Source of the DNA: an uncultured bacterium
Lineage (GTDB): Bacteria; SAR324; NAC60-12
Assembly (NCBI GenBank): GCA_964010765.1
Contig: CAXGMD010000046.1
Location: 1-27,935 of the forward strand
Reading direction: 5' to 3'
Length of the DNA: 27,935 bases
Positions 1 through 8,590 of this stretch are shown here, one piece after another; within the stretch, counting starts at the first letter, position 1, and each line of letters begins with the position of its first letter. The notes below the pieces were generated by a model. The model searched no databases, was not told the DNA's origin, and saw only the letters and a list, made by a program, of their open reading frames with translations. Position numbers and translations under genes: made by a program.

Positions 1-37
1 GAACTGCTGACGTTCTGAATTCTTCTACTAACTTCAC

Positions 38-76
38 AAGCCCTGGATCTCCTTGTGGGATTCAGGGCTTTTTTTG
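38..76 (+). terminator. Rho-independent terminator of an upstream gene outside the window
   Basis: AAGCCCTGGATCTC-loop-GGGATTCAGGGCTT stem (with G-U pairs) running into a T7 tract. Confidence 0.85.
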
Positions 77-156
77 TTTATCCGCATATTCCCTCAGGGA
101 GAAAGCAAAGAATGTATTGGCTTCTTTCCCCCAAATCCTGCCTCCATGCACATGCT

Positions 157-288
157 AATTCCTTTGTGCTCTGGCTCCAACTGCGGATGGAGTACGATTA
201 GCGTCTGTTGAAACGTGAGCGACAGGCGGAACTTCTAGAACACCTTCCTGTTTTTCCCACCGAATCAGCAACTCCCGTTTCTGCCTAA
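157..288 (+). pseudogene. Remnant of a HigA-like (HTH antitoxin) C-terminus
   Basis: Frame reads NSFVLWLQLRMEYD*RLLKRERQAELLEHLPVFPTESATPVSA*, resembling the HigA 'SxEFWLNLQxxYDL' tail. In-frame TAG at 199-201 sits where Leu is expected. Confidence 0.45.
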
Positions 289-356
289 AATTTCTTTCAC
301 CTGCTATTCAGCCACTTCCTTCCCGCCTCTTTACTCGAAAAGCACTAGCTCTACAC

Positions 357-411
357 TTGACATGAAGCAGCCATTTACTTAGTGTTGTACATCTATTTTT
401 ATCTTGTACAA
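357..411 (+). promoter_or_regulatory. Sigma-70 promoter of the TA operon with two TGTACA operator palindromes
   Basis: TTGACA (357-362), 17 bp, TAGTGT (380-385). TGTACA at 386-391 and TTGTACAA at 404-411, the core known for Phd/YefM operators. Confidence 0.75.
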
Positions 412-419
412 AAACTGCC

Positions 420-650
420 ATGCTCACTGTCTCTGTCTCTCACTTCCGCCAACACCTCTTTCAATACCTGGATCAAGTTGCAACTGGTGAAACCATTGTG
501 ATTCAACGCAACCAGCAGGAAGTTGCCCGACTGGTCGGGCCTACTCCCCGGGACTGGCGCAAAAGGATCACGGATCAGCCTAAGCTCCTGGTCGATCCTG
601 AGGAACTGCTGCAGCCCCTGGCTGACGATCTCTGGCAAAAGTACGACTGA
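420..650 (+). CDS. Type II TA antitoxin, Phd/YefM family
   Basis: MLTVSVSHFRQHLFQYLDQVATGETIVIQRNQQEVARLV fits the Phd/YefM N-terminal pattern. Lies directly upstream of a PIN toxin. Confidence 0.9.
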   Translation: MLTVSVSHFRQHLFQYLDQVATGETIVIQRNQQEVARLVGPTPRDWRKRITDQPKLLVDPEELLQPLADDLWQKYD

Positions 651-659
651 CACCTCCCA

Positions 660-1073
660 ATGGCTTTTCTGCTGGACACACACGCACTGCTATTCTGGAG
701 CAATCAGCAAGTTCTCTCAAAAATTCAGCTAGAGAAGTTGGATCGTTTAGCTCAGCAGGGCCGACTCCACATCTCAACGGTTGTCTTCTGGGAAATTGCT
801 CTCCTCATCAGGTCTGGCCGACTCGCTGATTTCAATGTGCAGAACTGGAGCGAGGAGCTTCAGCATGCCGCTGGGATTCGATGCCTTCCTCCAACGATCC
901 CTGAAATGCTACACTCCGTAGCCTTACCTCCACATCACAAAGATCCTTTTGACCGCTTGATGATTGCCCAAGCTCTCTTGCACCAAATGACTCTGATCAC
1001 GAAAGATCAGACGATTCAACGCTACGAAGTTCCGATGTGCTGGGAGGGCCTGGAGGATTTAAGCTTGGATTGA
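660..1073 (+). CDS. vapC: Type II TA toxin, VapC/PIN-domain ribonuclease
   Basis: LLDTHALLFW, S..VFWEIA, HKDPFDRLMIAQA and LITKD PIN motifs. Confidence 0.92.
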   Translation: MAFLLDTHALLFWSNQQVLSKIQLEKLDRLAQQGRLHISTVVFWEIALLIRSGRLADFNVQNWSEELQHAAGIRCLPPTIPEMLHSVALPPHHKDPFDRLMIAQALLHQMTLITKDQTIQRYEVPMCWEGLEDLSLD

Positions 1074-1139
1074 TGGCTGAACAAGCCGGTTGCTTCTCAC
1101 CAAAACGATCAAATTTTCAAATGAAATCAATGGCTAAAA

Positions 1140-1190
1140 TCCTCGCCCAGTGGGAGAGAGGGGGGGCCACGCAAGTGGTGGGTGAGGGAG
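1140..1190 (-). repeat. REP-like extragenic palindromic element
   Basis: Minus strand CTCCCTCACCC-ACCACTTGCGTGG-CCCCCCCTCTCTCCCACTGGGCGAGGA, matching the CCCTCACCC...CCCTCTCCC...GGGAGAGG double-hairpin repeat type. Lies between convergent genes. Confidence 0.55.
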
Positions 1191-1226
1191 TTTTTAGAGA
1201 CTGCCCGTTCTGGTTCAAAGCAGTAA

Positions 1227-1873
1227 CTAGCCCTGGGGTTCCTGGTGGACGTAGAGCGAGCCTTCGTAATTGTGAACGAGATAGCCCGTGTTGCTACCCA
1301 TCAGCAGTCGCCCCAATGCGGTGTGATCATGCGCACCAATCACCATTAGTCCAGCGTTGACTCGCTCAGCGAGTTGAAGCGCTTGCGGGTAGGGTGTCCC
1401 AAAATCGAGATGCAGTTGATAGGGAGACTTCAGTTCAACTTGGGCTACCAGTTCTTCAAGGCTCTTGCGTCTATGTTCCAACAGCTGTTTGCGTCGATCC
1501 TGCAGGAAATCACCATCAATCGCCACTCCGTAGAAAGCTCCACCCCCGACAACATGAATTTCCGGATAGTCCCACATGTGCAGGAGGTGCAATTTCGCCC
1601 TGGGGCGCGAGAGCAAGCTCGTCTGTCTTACGGAGCAGTGATTTTGAGATCGAGCTGAGATCCAACGGAACAACAACCTGTTAAGGATCTCGTTGAGTTT
1701 GCTTATAGACAAAGATGGTGGTCGAACCTTGATGCAGGGCCATGTCCGTGTTGCTGCCCAGAAATAGCCTGCCCGCCAGAGTGTGTGAGTGAGATGCCAT
1801 GATTATCTGCAAAACTTATCACCTCCTTGCTGACGGGAGTGTTGTCTACAGGAACAAGGGTTGTGGGTTTCAT
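1227..1873 (-). pseudogene. Tandem-domain universal stress protein, disrupted
   Basis: ATG 1873 with GAGG RBS gives MKPTTLVPVDNTPVSKEVISFAD. A frame change leads to IIMASHSHTLAGRLFLGSNTDMALH, then TAA at 1683-1681, then QVVVPLDLSSIS. A second frameshift near 1605 leads into ...LMVIGAHDHTALGRLLMGSNTGYLVH. Confidence 0.85.
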
Positions 1874-2016
1874 GAGACCTCTTTGGGAGATTGCATTGTT
1901 GTGAGTTCACTTTTTAGGAAGGTACTCCTGCTGACTAGAGAAGATGTAAGAAAAAGTGGAGAGAGGAATTGACGAGCGTCAAATTTGAGAAATTGTCGTG
2001 TTTTCTTAATTTCTTT

Positions 2017-2778
2017 TCAGAAGAAATCCAGCAGTTTGAGAACAATTACAATAATAGCAACAAACAGTACCTTGCGCACAATTGCCTCACCTTTCTTGAC
2101 CGAAAGATTGGCTCCAACGTAGGCACCCACTGCATTGCCAGCCCCAAGGGCAAGACCCAGTCCCCAATCGACATTCTCATTCCAGACAAACACCAGTAGG
2201 GCTGGGATCGTGTAGATCATGACGATGAAGGCCTTGTGCATGTTTGCCCTCACCAAGGTCTCCCGAAATCCATGAAAGAGCAGGGCGATTAGTAGAAATC
2301 CTACCCCAATCTGGATGAAGCCACCGTAGAAGCCGATCCCAACCATGCCCAAGTTGCCGAGCAAGCGACGTTGGGTGGTCAAAGGCACATTGGGATCTGG
2401 TTGTTTCAGCGGAAAGATCAGCGAAAGCACCACTCCCACCATCACCAGCGAGAGGATAATGCGAAACCATTCGCCATCAATCCTGACGGCAAACCAGGCA
2501 CCGATCAACGCCCCGGGTAGAGTGAGCAGGCTAAGGCGCAGACTATCTGCGAAGGCGGATTGTTGTTGGTCGTGAAAGCCGCGTACTCCAGCAACACACT
2601 CAATCAGTAGGGCAACACGATTGGTACCGTTGGCCGTGGCGGCGTCTAGACCCAGGAAGAGAAGAGTGGGAACACTAAGCGTTGATCCACCACCGGCCAT
2701 GACATTCGTAAAGCCTGCGATGGAGCCGACCAGCAGCAGAAGGGGATAGGTCCACCAGGCAAGATCAACTAGCGACAA
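2017..2778 (-). CDS. Sulfite exporter TauE/SafE family membrane protein
   Basis: AGFTNVMAGGGS..SVPTLL, ANGTN and GFYGGFIQIGVG motifs, about 8 hydrophobic segments. Confidence 0.9.
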   Translation of the reverse strand: MSLVDLAWWTYPLLLLVGSIAGFTNVMAGGGSTLSVPTLLFLGLDAATANGTNRVALLIECVAGVRGFHDQQQSAFADSLRLSLLTLPGALIGAWFAVRIDGEWFRIILSLVMVGVVLSLIFPLKQPDPNVPLTTQRRLLGNLGMVGIGFYGGFIQIGVGFLLIALLFHGFRETLVRANMHKAFIVMIYTIPALLVFVWNENVDWGLGLALGAGNAVGAYVGANLSVKKGEAIVRKVLFVAIIVIVLKLLDFF

Positions 2779-3125
2779 CTGCGACGCATTGCATCAAAAC
2801 GAGCCATCATACGGAGGGTGTTTTCAGCAGAATTGGGCTGGCTGGGAGGCTTTGGCGCATACACTCGCTGGCGCTGATTGGGGGTGATGGGTAAGCCTGT
2901 ACGATAACGATCCCGACTGTGACTGTTCAGAAACTGATCGTGCTGGCCGCTGGGCATGGTCAGCATCGCCTTTTTCATTTTTTCAATTTGGGCTTCGACA
3001 CGTGCCAGGCACTCCTTGCGGTCATAGTGTTCGAGGTAAATTCCATCTGTCGGGAATTGCTGAGCTAGGCTGGGTAAGGTGCTCAGCCAAAGCATCAAGC
3101 TGACGCATATTATTAGTTTCTGCAT
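2769..3125 (-). CDS. Hypothetical secreted protein
   Basis: Signal peptide MQKLIICVSLMLWLSTLPSLA, AGGA RBS, overlaps the TauE start. Confidence 0.7.
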   Translation of the reverse strand: MQKLIICVSLMLWLSTLPSLAQQFPTDGIYLEHYDRKECLARVEAQIEKMKKAMLTMPSGQHDQFLNSHSRDRYRTGLPITPNQRQRVYAPKPPSQPNSAENTLRMMARFDAMRRSCR

Positions 3126-3132
3126 TTTTTCC

Positions 3133-3159
3133 TAAAGTCTTTGGAATCGCTGCCGATGA
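3133..3159 (+). promoter_or_regulatory. Sigma-28 (FliA) promoter
   Basis: TAAAGTCT-N11-GCCGATGA versus consensus TAAAGTTT-N11-GCCGATAA (one mismatch per box, exact spacing), intergenic. Confidence 0.75.
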
Positions 3160-3181
3160 TCTTACTGAGTTTATTGCTTTC

Positions 3182-3240
3182 AGCCGAAGCAAGTTCAACA
3201 CCTTTCGCTGGGGTGTAGCGTCGTACCGGACTTGTCGGCT
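3182..3240 (+). other. Long three-helix stem-loop in the sigma-28 leader (candidate structured RNA)
   Basis: AGCCGA/TCGGCT, CAAGTTC/GGACTTG and ACACCT/GGGTGT pairings. G-U pairs favour the plus strand. Confidence 0.5.
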
Positions 3241-3284
3241 TGTCAATCACAGTTGATCGTGTTCCGATTCAAATGGAGTTTTTA

Positions 3285-3515
3285 ATGAGCGAAACCACCG
3301 AAGCCCTGAGCTTGGAACAGTTCCAAACGCTAGTCGGCTTTGAAAACAGTGAGCGCTTCGAATTGCAGGTCTCCCAGGCAATTCTGGACTTAGCTAACTC
3401 TCTGGAAGCCAATTTCCTGGACAAGGAAACAAAGATCGACTACGCAACCCATGTCTTTGCACACATGCTGGATGACTTGGCGGAACTACTGGAGCGGGGT
3501 AACCTAATCAACTAG
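3285..3515 (+). CDS. Small acidic helical hypothetical protein (76 aa)
   Basis: GGAG RBS at 3275-3278 ahead of ATG 3285. Ends 3 nt before the next gene. Confidence 0.75.
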   Translation: MSETTEALSLEQFQTLVGFENSERFELQVSQAILDLANSLEANFLDKETKIDYATHVFAHMLDDLAELLERGNLIN

Positions 3516-3518
3516 TTC

Positions 3519-4925
3519 ATGCCTGCTGCTGAAGCATCCCCTTCCCAACGTTGGTTTGATCAATATTGCCGGAATCTGCGGCTACAGTTTGCTGGTCGCA
3601 GTTGTGCCGGAGCAGCGTGTCTATTGCTTGCCTTTCTGCTGCTCCAAAGTACCCCACTTCCCTTTCTAAATTTTCTTCTCGGCTCGTTTGCGATCCTTGC
3701 CGTGTGTCTGATTGGCAGTTGGTTGCTACATCGACCAGAGTATTGTCTGCAAAAGCTCTATCGGCAAGACCCTGCCTTCGCAGAAGCATTGCACAGCAGT
3801 TTACAATTCAGAGAGAATCCACCGGCTTCACAAACTACCAATATTTTTCTTGAACGCTTTGAGAAGCAGTTGCTTGAGCGCTTAGAAGGTGAGGAGACCC
3901 ATCGACTACTGCCACCTTGGCGTACGCTTGTCGGGGTTACGGTGTCTCTGCAGGTTGTTGTTTGGATTGGCGGTTGGTGGCTGCCCCAGTATTTGGTCAA
4001 CCAAGGCCCAACTGCAGCGGAAGCATTACAAATTCCCCACTCCTACCGTATTCTCTATCCAGCGTATCTCAAACGTGATTCCGAAGTCTTTTCCACACTT
4101 CCCAACGAGCTGCAAATTCCTGCTGGAAGCCGGTTGGAAATCTTTCTGGAGCAAGGATTACCGGATGGCGACCAAAGTGCCTATCGACCAATTCAGGATG
4201 AACCCCAACCCTTGCAGTGGGTTCCTCAACAACAGCGCTGGCGCTCGGCGTTGACACCACTGAAAACTGGGACTCTCTTTCTCGAGTGGCGTCAACAGAG
4301 TGTTGCAGTGGAGGTGATTCCAGATCTGAGTCCCACGGTGATGGTCCTTTGGCCTCCTGATAAGTACATCTTTGACTTATCCCAACTGCAGGTGGAGTTG
4401 GAAGCCAAGGACGACTACGGACTCCGCCAGATTCTGTTGAGATATCGTAACGAAGCCACAGGAAGCATTGAGCGTGAGATCATTCAGTCTTTTGAAGGAG
4501 ACTTCAAGAGCTACCAGGAAAGCTATCTCTGGGAACTCTCGGCAACACCCTTAAGAGCCGGAGATAATGTGACGGCTTGGATTGAGGTCAGTGACAGCGA
4601 TACTTTCCAGGGGCCGAACGTGACTCGATCGGAGGAATTCCGTTTTGAGGTTCGCAGTCAACGGGAGTTCCATGAGTACATCCTAAGTCTCTTCCGTAAG
4701 GTGGATCGGGAGCTTCGGGACTTGTTATCCGTTCTGGACCGTCAACTGATTGTGGAGACCACGGACAAAGAAAATTTGATTGAGGAACTGCTCAATTTTC
4801 TTCAGGAAGAGGCTAACTACGATCGGTTATTGTCTGATGGCTTGCGGGGATTTATTGGAGAGTTGCGCTTCCAGTTACGGTTCTATCAACGCAAACGGGA
4901 AGAACTAGCAGTTCCTCCCAGTTGA
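3519..4925 (+). CDS. Membrane-anchored protein, DUF4175-like
   Basis: Three N-terminal TM segments, a beta-rich domain with ELEAKDDYGL and LRAGDNV..WIEVSDSD...GPN motifs, helical C-terminus. Confidence 0.6.
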   Translation: MPAAEASPSQRWFDQYCRNLRLQFAGRSCAGAACLLLAFLLLQSTPLPFLNFLLGSFAILAVCLIGSWLLHRPEYCLQKLYRQDPAFAEALHSSLQFRENPPASQTTNIFLERFEKQLLERLEGEETHRLLPPWRTLVGVTVSLQVVVWIGGWWLPQYLVNQGPTAAEALQIPHSYRILYPAYLKRDSEVFSTLPNELQIPAGSRLEIFLEQGLPDGDQSAYRPIQDEPQPLQWVPQQQRWRSALTPLKTGTLFLEWRQQSVAVEVIPDLSPTVMVLWPPDKYIFDLSQLQVELEAKDDYGLRQILLRYRNEATGSIEREIIQSFEGDFKSYQESYLWELSATPLRAGDNVTAWIEVSDSDTFQGPNVTRSEEFRFEVRSQREFHEYILSLFRKVDRELRDLLSVLDRQLIVETTDKENLIEELLNFLQEEANYDRLLSDGLRGFIGELRFQLRFYQRKREELAVPPS

Positions 4926-4942
4926 TATCAGCAGAACTTGCC

Positions 4943-5752
4943 TTAGAACTGCCGACAAAAAGCCTGGTGTTCAGGCAGTCTATTCGCACAGATTTGGCTG
5001 ACGCAGAATTGAGCACGTTCGCTGGTGCGGGTTTGGAGAAAAGCACTATCAGTGCGTTGTAGCTGCAGCACACATCTGAGCAAGGATGCTTCATCCTTCG
5101 GCACATTGCCAGATGGATCCTCACAGGCGCTGCGGCTGTAGCTCATGTTGCGTCCGGAGGGCGTGGAGCGGGCATAAAGTTCGAGTTCCCGCAGCATTTG
5201 CTGCAGATGAGACTGATAGGTCATCGAAGCCCGACCTGTTCCACATAAAACATCCTGCGCAGCCGTTGATCTACTCTCATCCTCCTGCAGCAGGGGAATC
5301 GCGATTAGCATTCCAGAGAGAATTATCAACAACGCTCCAATCACTGCAATCCAACCCACAGGCCATTTTATTGGAGGAGGAGGACCTCCTTCCTCAAAGG
5401 ACACCTCAAAAAGCTGTACCTGCCCTTCGATGGATTCCTTGTTGAGACCTGGTGTTGGAGCAAAGCGCAACTCCATTCCAACCAACCTGATTTCAGCAAC
5501 CTTTGGACGTTTGAGCAACTTTGCTTTGGGGGAAAGTTTCGCCACATCCTTGGCGTAGCGTTCGATAATCTTTCGTAGTTCCAGGGAGTCTTCCCAATTG
5601 TTGCGGCCTATCCCTGGGGCAAGGATTTTCTCCAAATCATCCCGTGCAAACATCCGAGCTTTGCGCTCACCATCAGGGGCATTGTCGCAGACCCCGATGG
5701 GGCGCCATTGCGAAAAACGCATGGTGGAGAGGTGATTGACATTCACAGCCAA
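4943..5752 (-). CDS. Hypothetical single-pass membrane protein
   Basis: 269-aa ORF with a central TM helix and Cys-containing C-terminal domain. Overlaps the coaBC stop. Confidence 0.7.
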   Translation of the reverse strand: MAVNVNHLSTMRFSQWRPIGVCDNAPDGERKARMFARDDLEKILAPGIGRNNWEDSLELRKIIERYAKDVAKLSPKAKLLKRPKVAEIRLVGMELRFAPTPGLNKESIEGQVQLFEVSFEEGGPPPPIKWPVGWIAVIGALLIILSGMLIAIPLLQEDESRSTAAQDVLCGTGRASMTYQSHLQQMLRELELYARSTPSGRNMSYSRSACEDPSGNVPKDEASLLRCVLQLQRTDSAFLQTRTSERAQFCVSQICANRLPEHQAFCRQF

Positions 5753-6984
5753 CTCGCTACACGTTCGAGTACTGCCTTAGCGATAGCTGGCTTACTGATC
5801 ACCTGCTCTTCCGGCTTATTGTTCTCTACCAGCCACGCTACCTGATCTCCATATTCGATAAATTCCTCTCCACGGTTGGCCACGACCAATTGATATTCCT
5901 TTGAGCGTTCTCGGGCGATCGCCATCAATTCTCGATGGGTACGATTTTCTTCGTATTTGAAGGTCACCATGTTGAGCTTGGGGTGAGTAGCTCGTACCTC
6001 ACGTATCACCTTGGGGGTTTGTTCAAAGGAGAGCGTGAGCTGCTGGCCACTGGGTAGCTTGCCAGGATACACCTGAGAAGGTTGATAATCTGCAACAGCT
6101 GCGCTGAAAATGGCTGTGCGTGCTCCATCATCCAACCCAGACAGCACTTTTTGACGGTAGCTGCTGAAGTCTACCACACGCTGATGAGGCAAATAACTTG
6201 GTGCTGGTAGGCTCCCTTGTCCGAGGATCAATTGAATTGCAGCTCCTTCAACCCATGCCTGCTTGGCAATTTCAATGGCTAACGCACCTGTGAAACGATT
6301 AGTGAACAGGCGGACATGATCTACCCACACCGGGGTTGGTCCTCCAGTGATCATCAACTGTTGGCCTTTGAGAGTTCCTGCGCTAAGCGAGCGCATCAAA
6401 TGTCCCACTAAAAATTCGTTGTCCGGCAAATTGTTCTTACCATTTTCCTGACGAGGTGGGACTACGGTCACTCCATAATCATGTAACCGCTGCAAGGATT
6501 CCTGCAGAATCTGGTTATGCATAGAACCGTGCATGGTGGGAACAACAAGAATTGGAGTCTTTGCCCGCTCAGCACGACCTAGGGCAGAGGCAAGCAACGC
6601 TGTGGGCAGGTCGTCCGCAATGCCCCAGGCAAACTTATTCAGTAAGTTGTAGGTGGCAGGAGCAACGAGATAAGCAGAAAAGGGAGAGTTGTCACTCAAA
6701 TGCTCTGCGTTTGGACTAGATTCCGTCAGCACGGGGTTGAGGGATGTCCATTCAAGAGCTTCCCGAGCGACGTAGCGCAAGGCATCTGCTGTTGCAAAGA
6801 CTTGAACTTCTGCGCCTTCCCGACGTAGATCGCGGATTAAATCAGGACTGCGGTAGGCTGCAATACTTCCGGAAAGAATCAGGGCAATTCGCTTGTTTGA
6901 AAGTCGACTGCCGCGCTGAGACACCTCTCGATCCTGAAGATCACTACTGAGCGGGGGCATAAAGTCCCAGAGTGGTTCGCTCAT
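5743..6984 (-). CDS. coaBC: Bifunctional phosphopantothenoylcysteine decarboxylase/phosphopantothenate-cysteine ligase, archaeal-like type
   Basis: SGSIAAY, APATYN..K.A.GIADD, PTMHGSM, ITGGPT...D.VR..TN..TG, AAVADY, TPKVI and VVAN motifs. Confidence 0.93.
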   Translation of the reverse strand: MSEPLWDFMPPLSSDLQDREVSQRGSRLSNKRIALILSGSIAAYRSPDLIRDLRREGAEVQVFATADALRYVAREALEWTSLNPVLTESSPNAEHLSDNSPFSAYLVAPATYNLLNKFAWGIADDLPTALLASALGRAERAKTPILVVPTMHGSMHNQILQESLQRLHDYGVTVVPPRQENGKNNLPDNEFLVGHLMRSLSAGTLKGQQLMITGGPTPVWVDHVRLFTNRFTGALAIEIAKQAWVEGAAIQLILGQGSLPAPSYLPHQRVVDFSSYRQKVLSGLDDGARTAIFSAAVADYQPSQVYPGKLPSGQQLTLSFEQTPKVIREVRATHPKLNMVTFKYEENRTHRELMAIARERSKEYQLVVANRGEEFIEYGDQVAWLVENNKPEEQVISKPAIAKAVLERVASWL

Positions 6985-7193
6985 CGAATCAACAATGGGG
7001 CATCAGCCCAAAGGGGGTCTACAAAAAAAATAACCTGCAACTTATGCAAGATTTTGGCGAAAACTGTTTTCACTGGCTTGAATCCAAAGAAAATAATCTG
7101 TTGAATCATATGCTTGCAATTTTAAATCATTGCCTTAGGTTGTAGATTCAAAAAATTTGAACTTCCTCTTCAAACTCTCGAGGGACGCTACAC

Positions 7194-7523
7194 ATGAACA
7201 AGTCACAGATGATCAACACACTCACTGAGAAAACCGATTGTCCAATCAAGACGGCTGACAAGGTCGTACGCATCTTTTTTGACAGCATCAAAGAGGCTTT
7301 GTCCGAGGGTGATAAGGTTGAAATTCGAGGATTTGGTTCATTCACGGTCAAGCACTACGAAGCCTACCTAGGCCGCAACCCGCGGACGGGAGAATCTGTG
7401 CGTGTTCCTCCAAAGAAGCTCCCTGTCTTTCGGACAGGCAAGGATTTGCGCCATCGAGTGGATCAAAGCCGTGAGCAGGGAGTAAAACTTGTAGAGAATC
7501 GACGCAAGCCTCGGAACGATTGA
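7194..7523 (+). CDS. HU/IHF family DNA-binding protein (IHF-beta-like)
   Basis: MNKS, VEIRGFGSF, GRNPRTGE and P.FRTGKDLR motifs, plus a short basic C-terminal extension. Confidence 0.92.
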   Translation: MNKSQMINTLTEKTDCPIKTADKVVRIFFDSIKEALSEGDKVEIRGFGSFTVKHYEAYLGRNPRTGESVRVPPKKLPVFRTGKDLRHRVDQSREQGVKLVENRRKPRND

Positions 7524-7559
7524 TCAACTTCAAAAATTGAACTTCCCTCTAAGACCAAG

Positions 7560-8582
7560 CTAATTCACAGGACCTTCTTCCGAGGGTAAATCGAACAGAT
7601 CCTGATAACCAGGTTTGGGCTCAACGAACTCTTGAATCCGGATCGCCCGGCGTCCGCGATACGCTCCCTGGAATCCTCGAAACTTCAAGACGTTCTGCAC
7701 GTAGCCCTCAAGAGCATCGTCCTTGGACTGTTCCAACTGCACATGATCACCAACGCGTAGCTTCAAGAAGCGCCGTAGTGAAACCTGAGCATTCCCCAAA
7801 GGCACCCGAACTTCTACCTTAGATCCTCGCAAGTGGGCCTCCAAGCGAGCGCGATTGACCGGACTTGGTTCAGTATCAGCATTGACCGCACCACCGTCCA
7901 AACGATTCCGAATTGGATCAAGCATGTTGTAGGGCAGGCAAATGGTCATCGTCATCGGTAGGCGATGCAATTCCACGTCAAAAGTAGTGTAAACAACGAT
8001 CTCTTCATCACTCGCAGCTTGGGCCAAGCGAGCATTGGTTTCCATTCGATCAAAACGCATCTTCAGAGGGACAATAGTTTGCCAGGCGTTACGCAGATCT
8101 ATCAGGGCACTGTGGACGATCTTGGCGACAACCTGAGATTCAATACGGGTAAATTCCCTTTCTACATCCCGTACCTGGAGGCGTCCATCTCCTCCGAACA
8201 TCAGGTCAATGAAACAATGGATCAGGCGCTGCTCCATCCCAAGTAAAGCGGTTCCACGTAAGGGTGGTAAGTGAAAAAGGCTCAATGATGTGGGATAGCT
8301 AATACCTTCAATATAGTCTTTGTAGTTCACTAATTCCGTGGTGCGTCGCACGATCCGAAAACTGCGTCGCAGGTGATTGGAGAGGGTTTGCTGTAAAGAA
8401 CGGGCAAAGCGATCATGAACGTTATCCAATCCAGGGAGATGACCACGTATGATGCGGTTTTTACGAGCTAGGTCGAAAGGGACGATGTCGTCGGCAATTT
8501 GCATTTCTTTATTGCTGCCAACAGGGACTCCCTTGAGCAAGGCTTGAATATCTTCATTACTGAGTCTGAGTTTTTTTTCCAT
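7560..8582 (-). CDS. fliM: Flagellar motor switch protein FliM
   Basis: LSNEDIQALL (CheY-binding LSQxEIDxLL-like), DLMFGGDG, REFTRIE, C-terminal SpoA domain (LKLRVGD). Start set at ATG 8582. Confidence 0.92.
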   Translation of the reverse strand: MEKKLRLSNEDIQALLKGVPVGSNKEMQIADDIVPFDLARKNRIIRGHLPGLDNVHDRFARSLQQTLSNHLRRSFRIVRRTTELVNYKDYIEGISYPTSLSLFHLPPLRGTALLGMEQRLIHCFIDLMFGGDGRLQVRDVEREFTRIESQVVAKIVHSALIDLRNAWQTIVPLKMRFDRMETNARLAQAASDEEIVVYTTFDVELHRLPMTMTICLPYNMLDPIRNRLDGGAVNADTEPSPVNRARLEAHLRGSKVEVRVPLGNAQVSLRRFLKLRVGDHVQLEQSKDDALEGYVQNVLKFRGFQGAYRGRRAIRIQEFVEPKPGYQDLFDLPSEEGPVN

Positions 8583-8590
8583 TTGGTGTG

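Noticed and set aside
1037..1360. 107-aa plus-strand ORF and other short shadow ORFs in the track
   Set aside because: They overlap better-supported genes or the REP-like element and show no recognisable motifs
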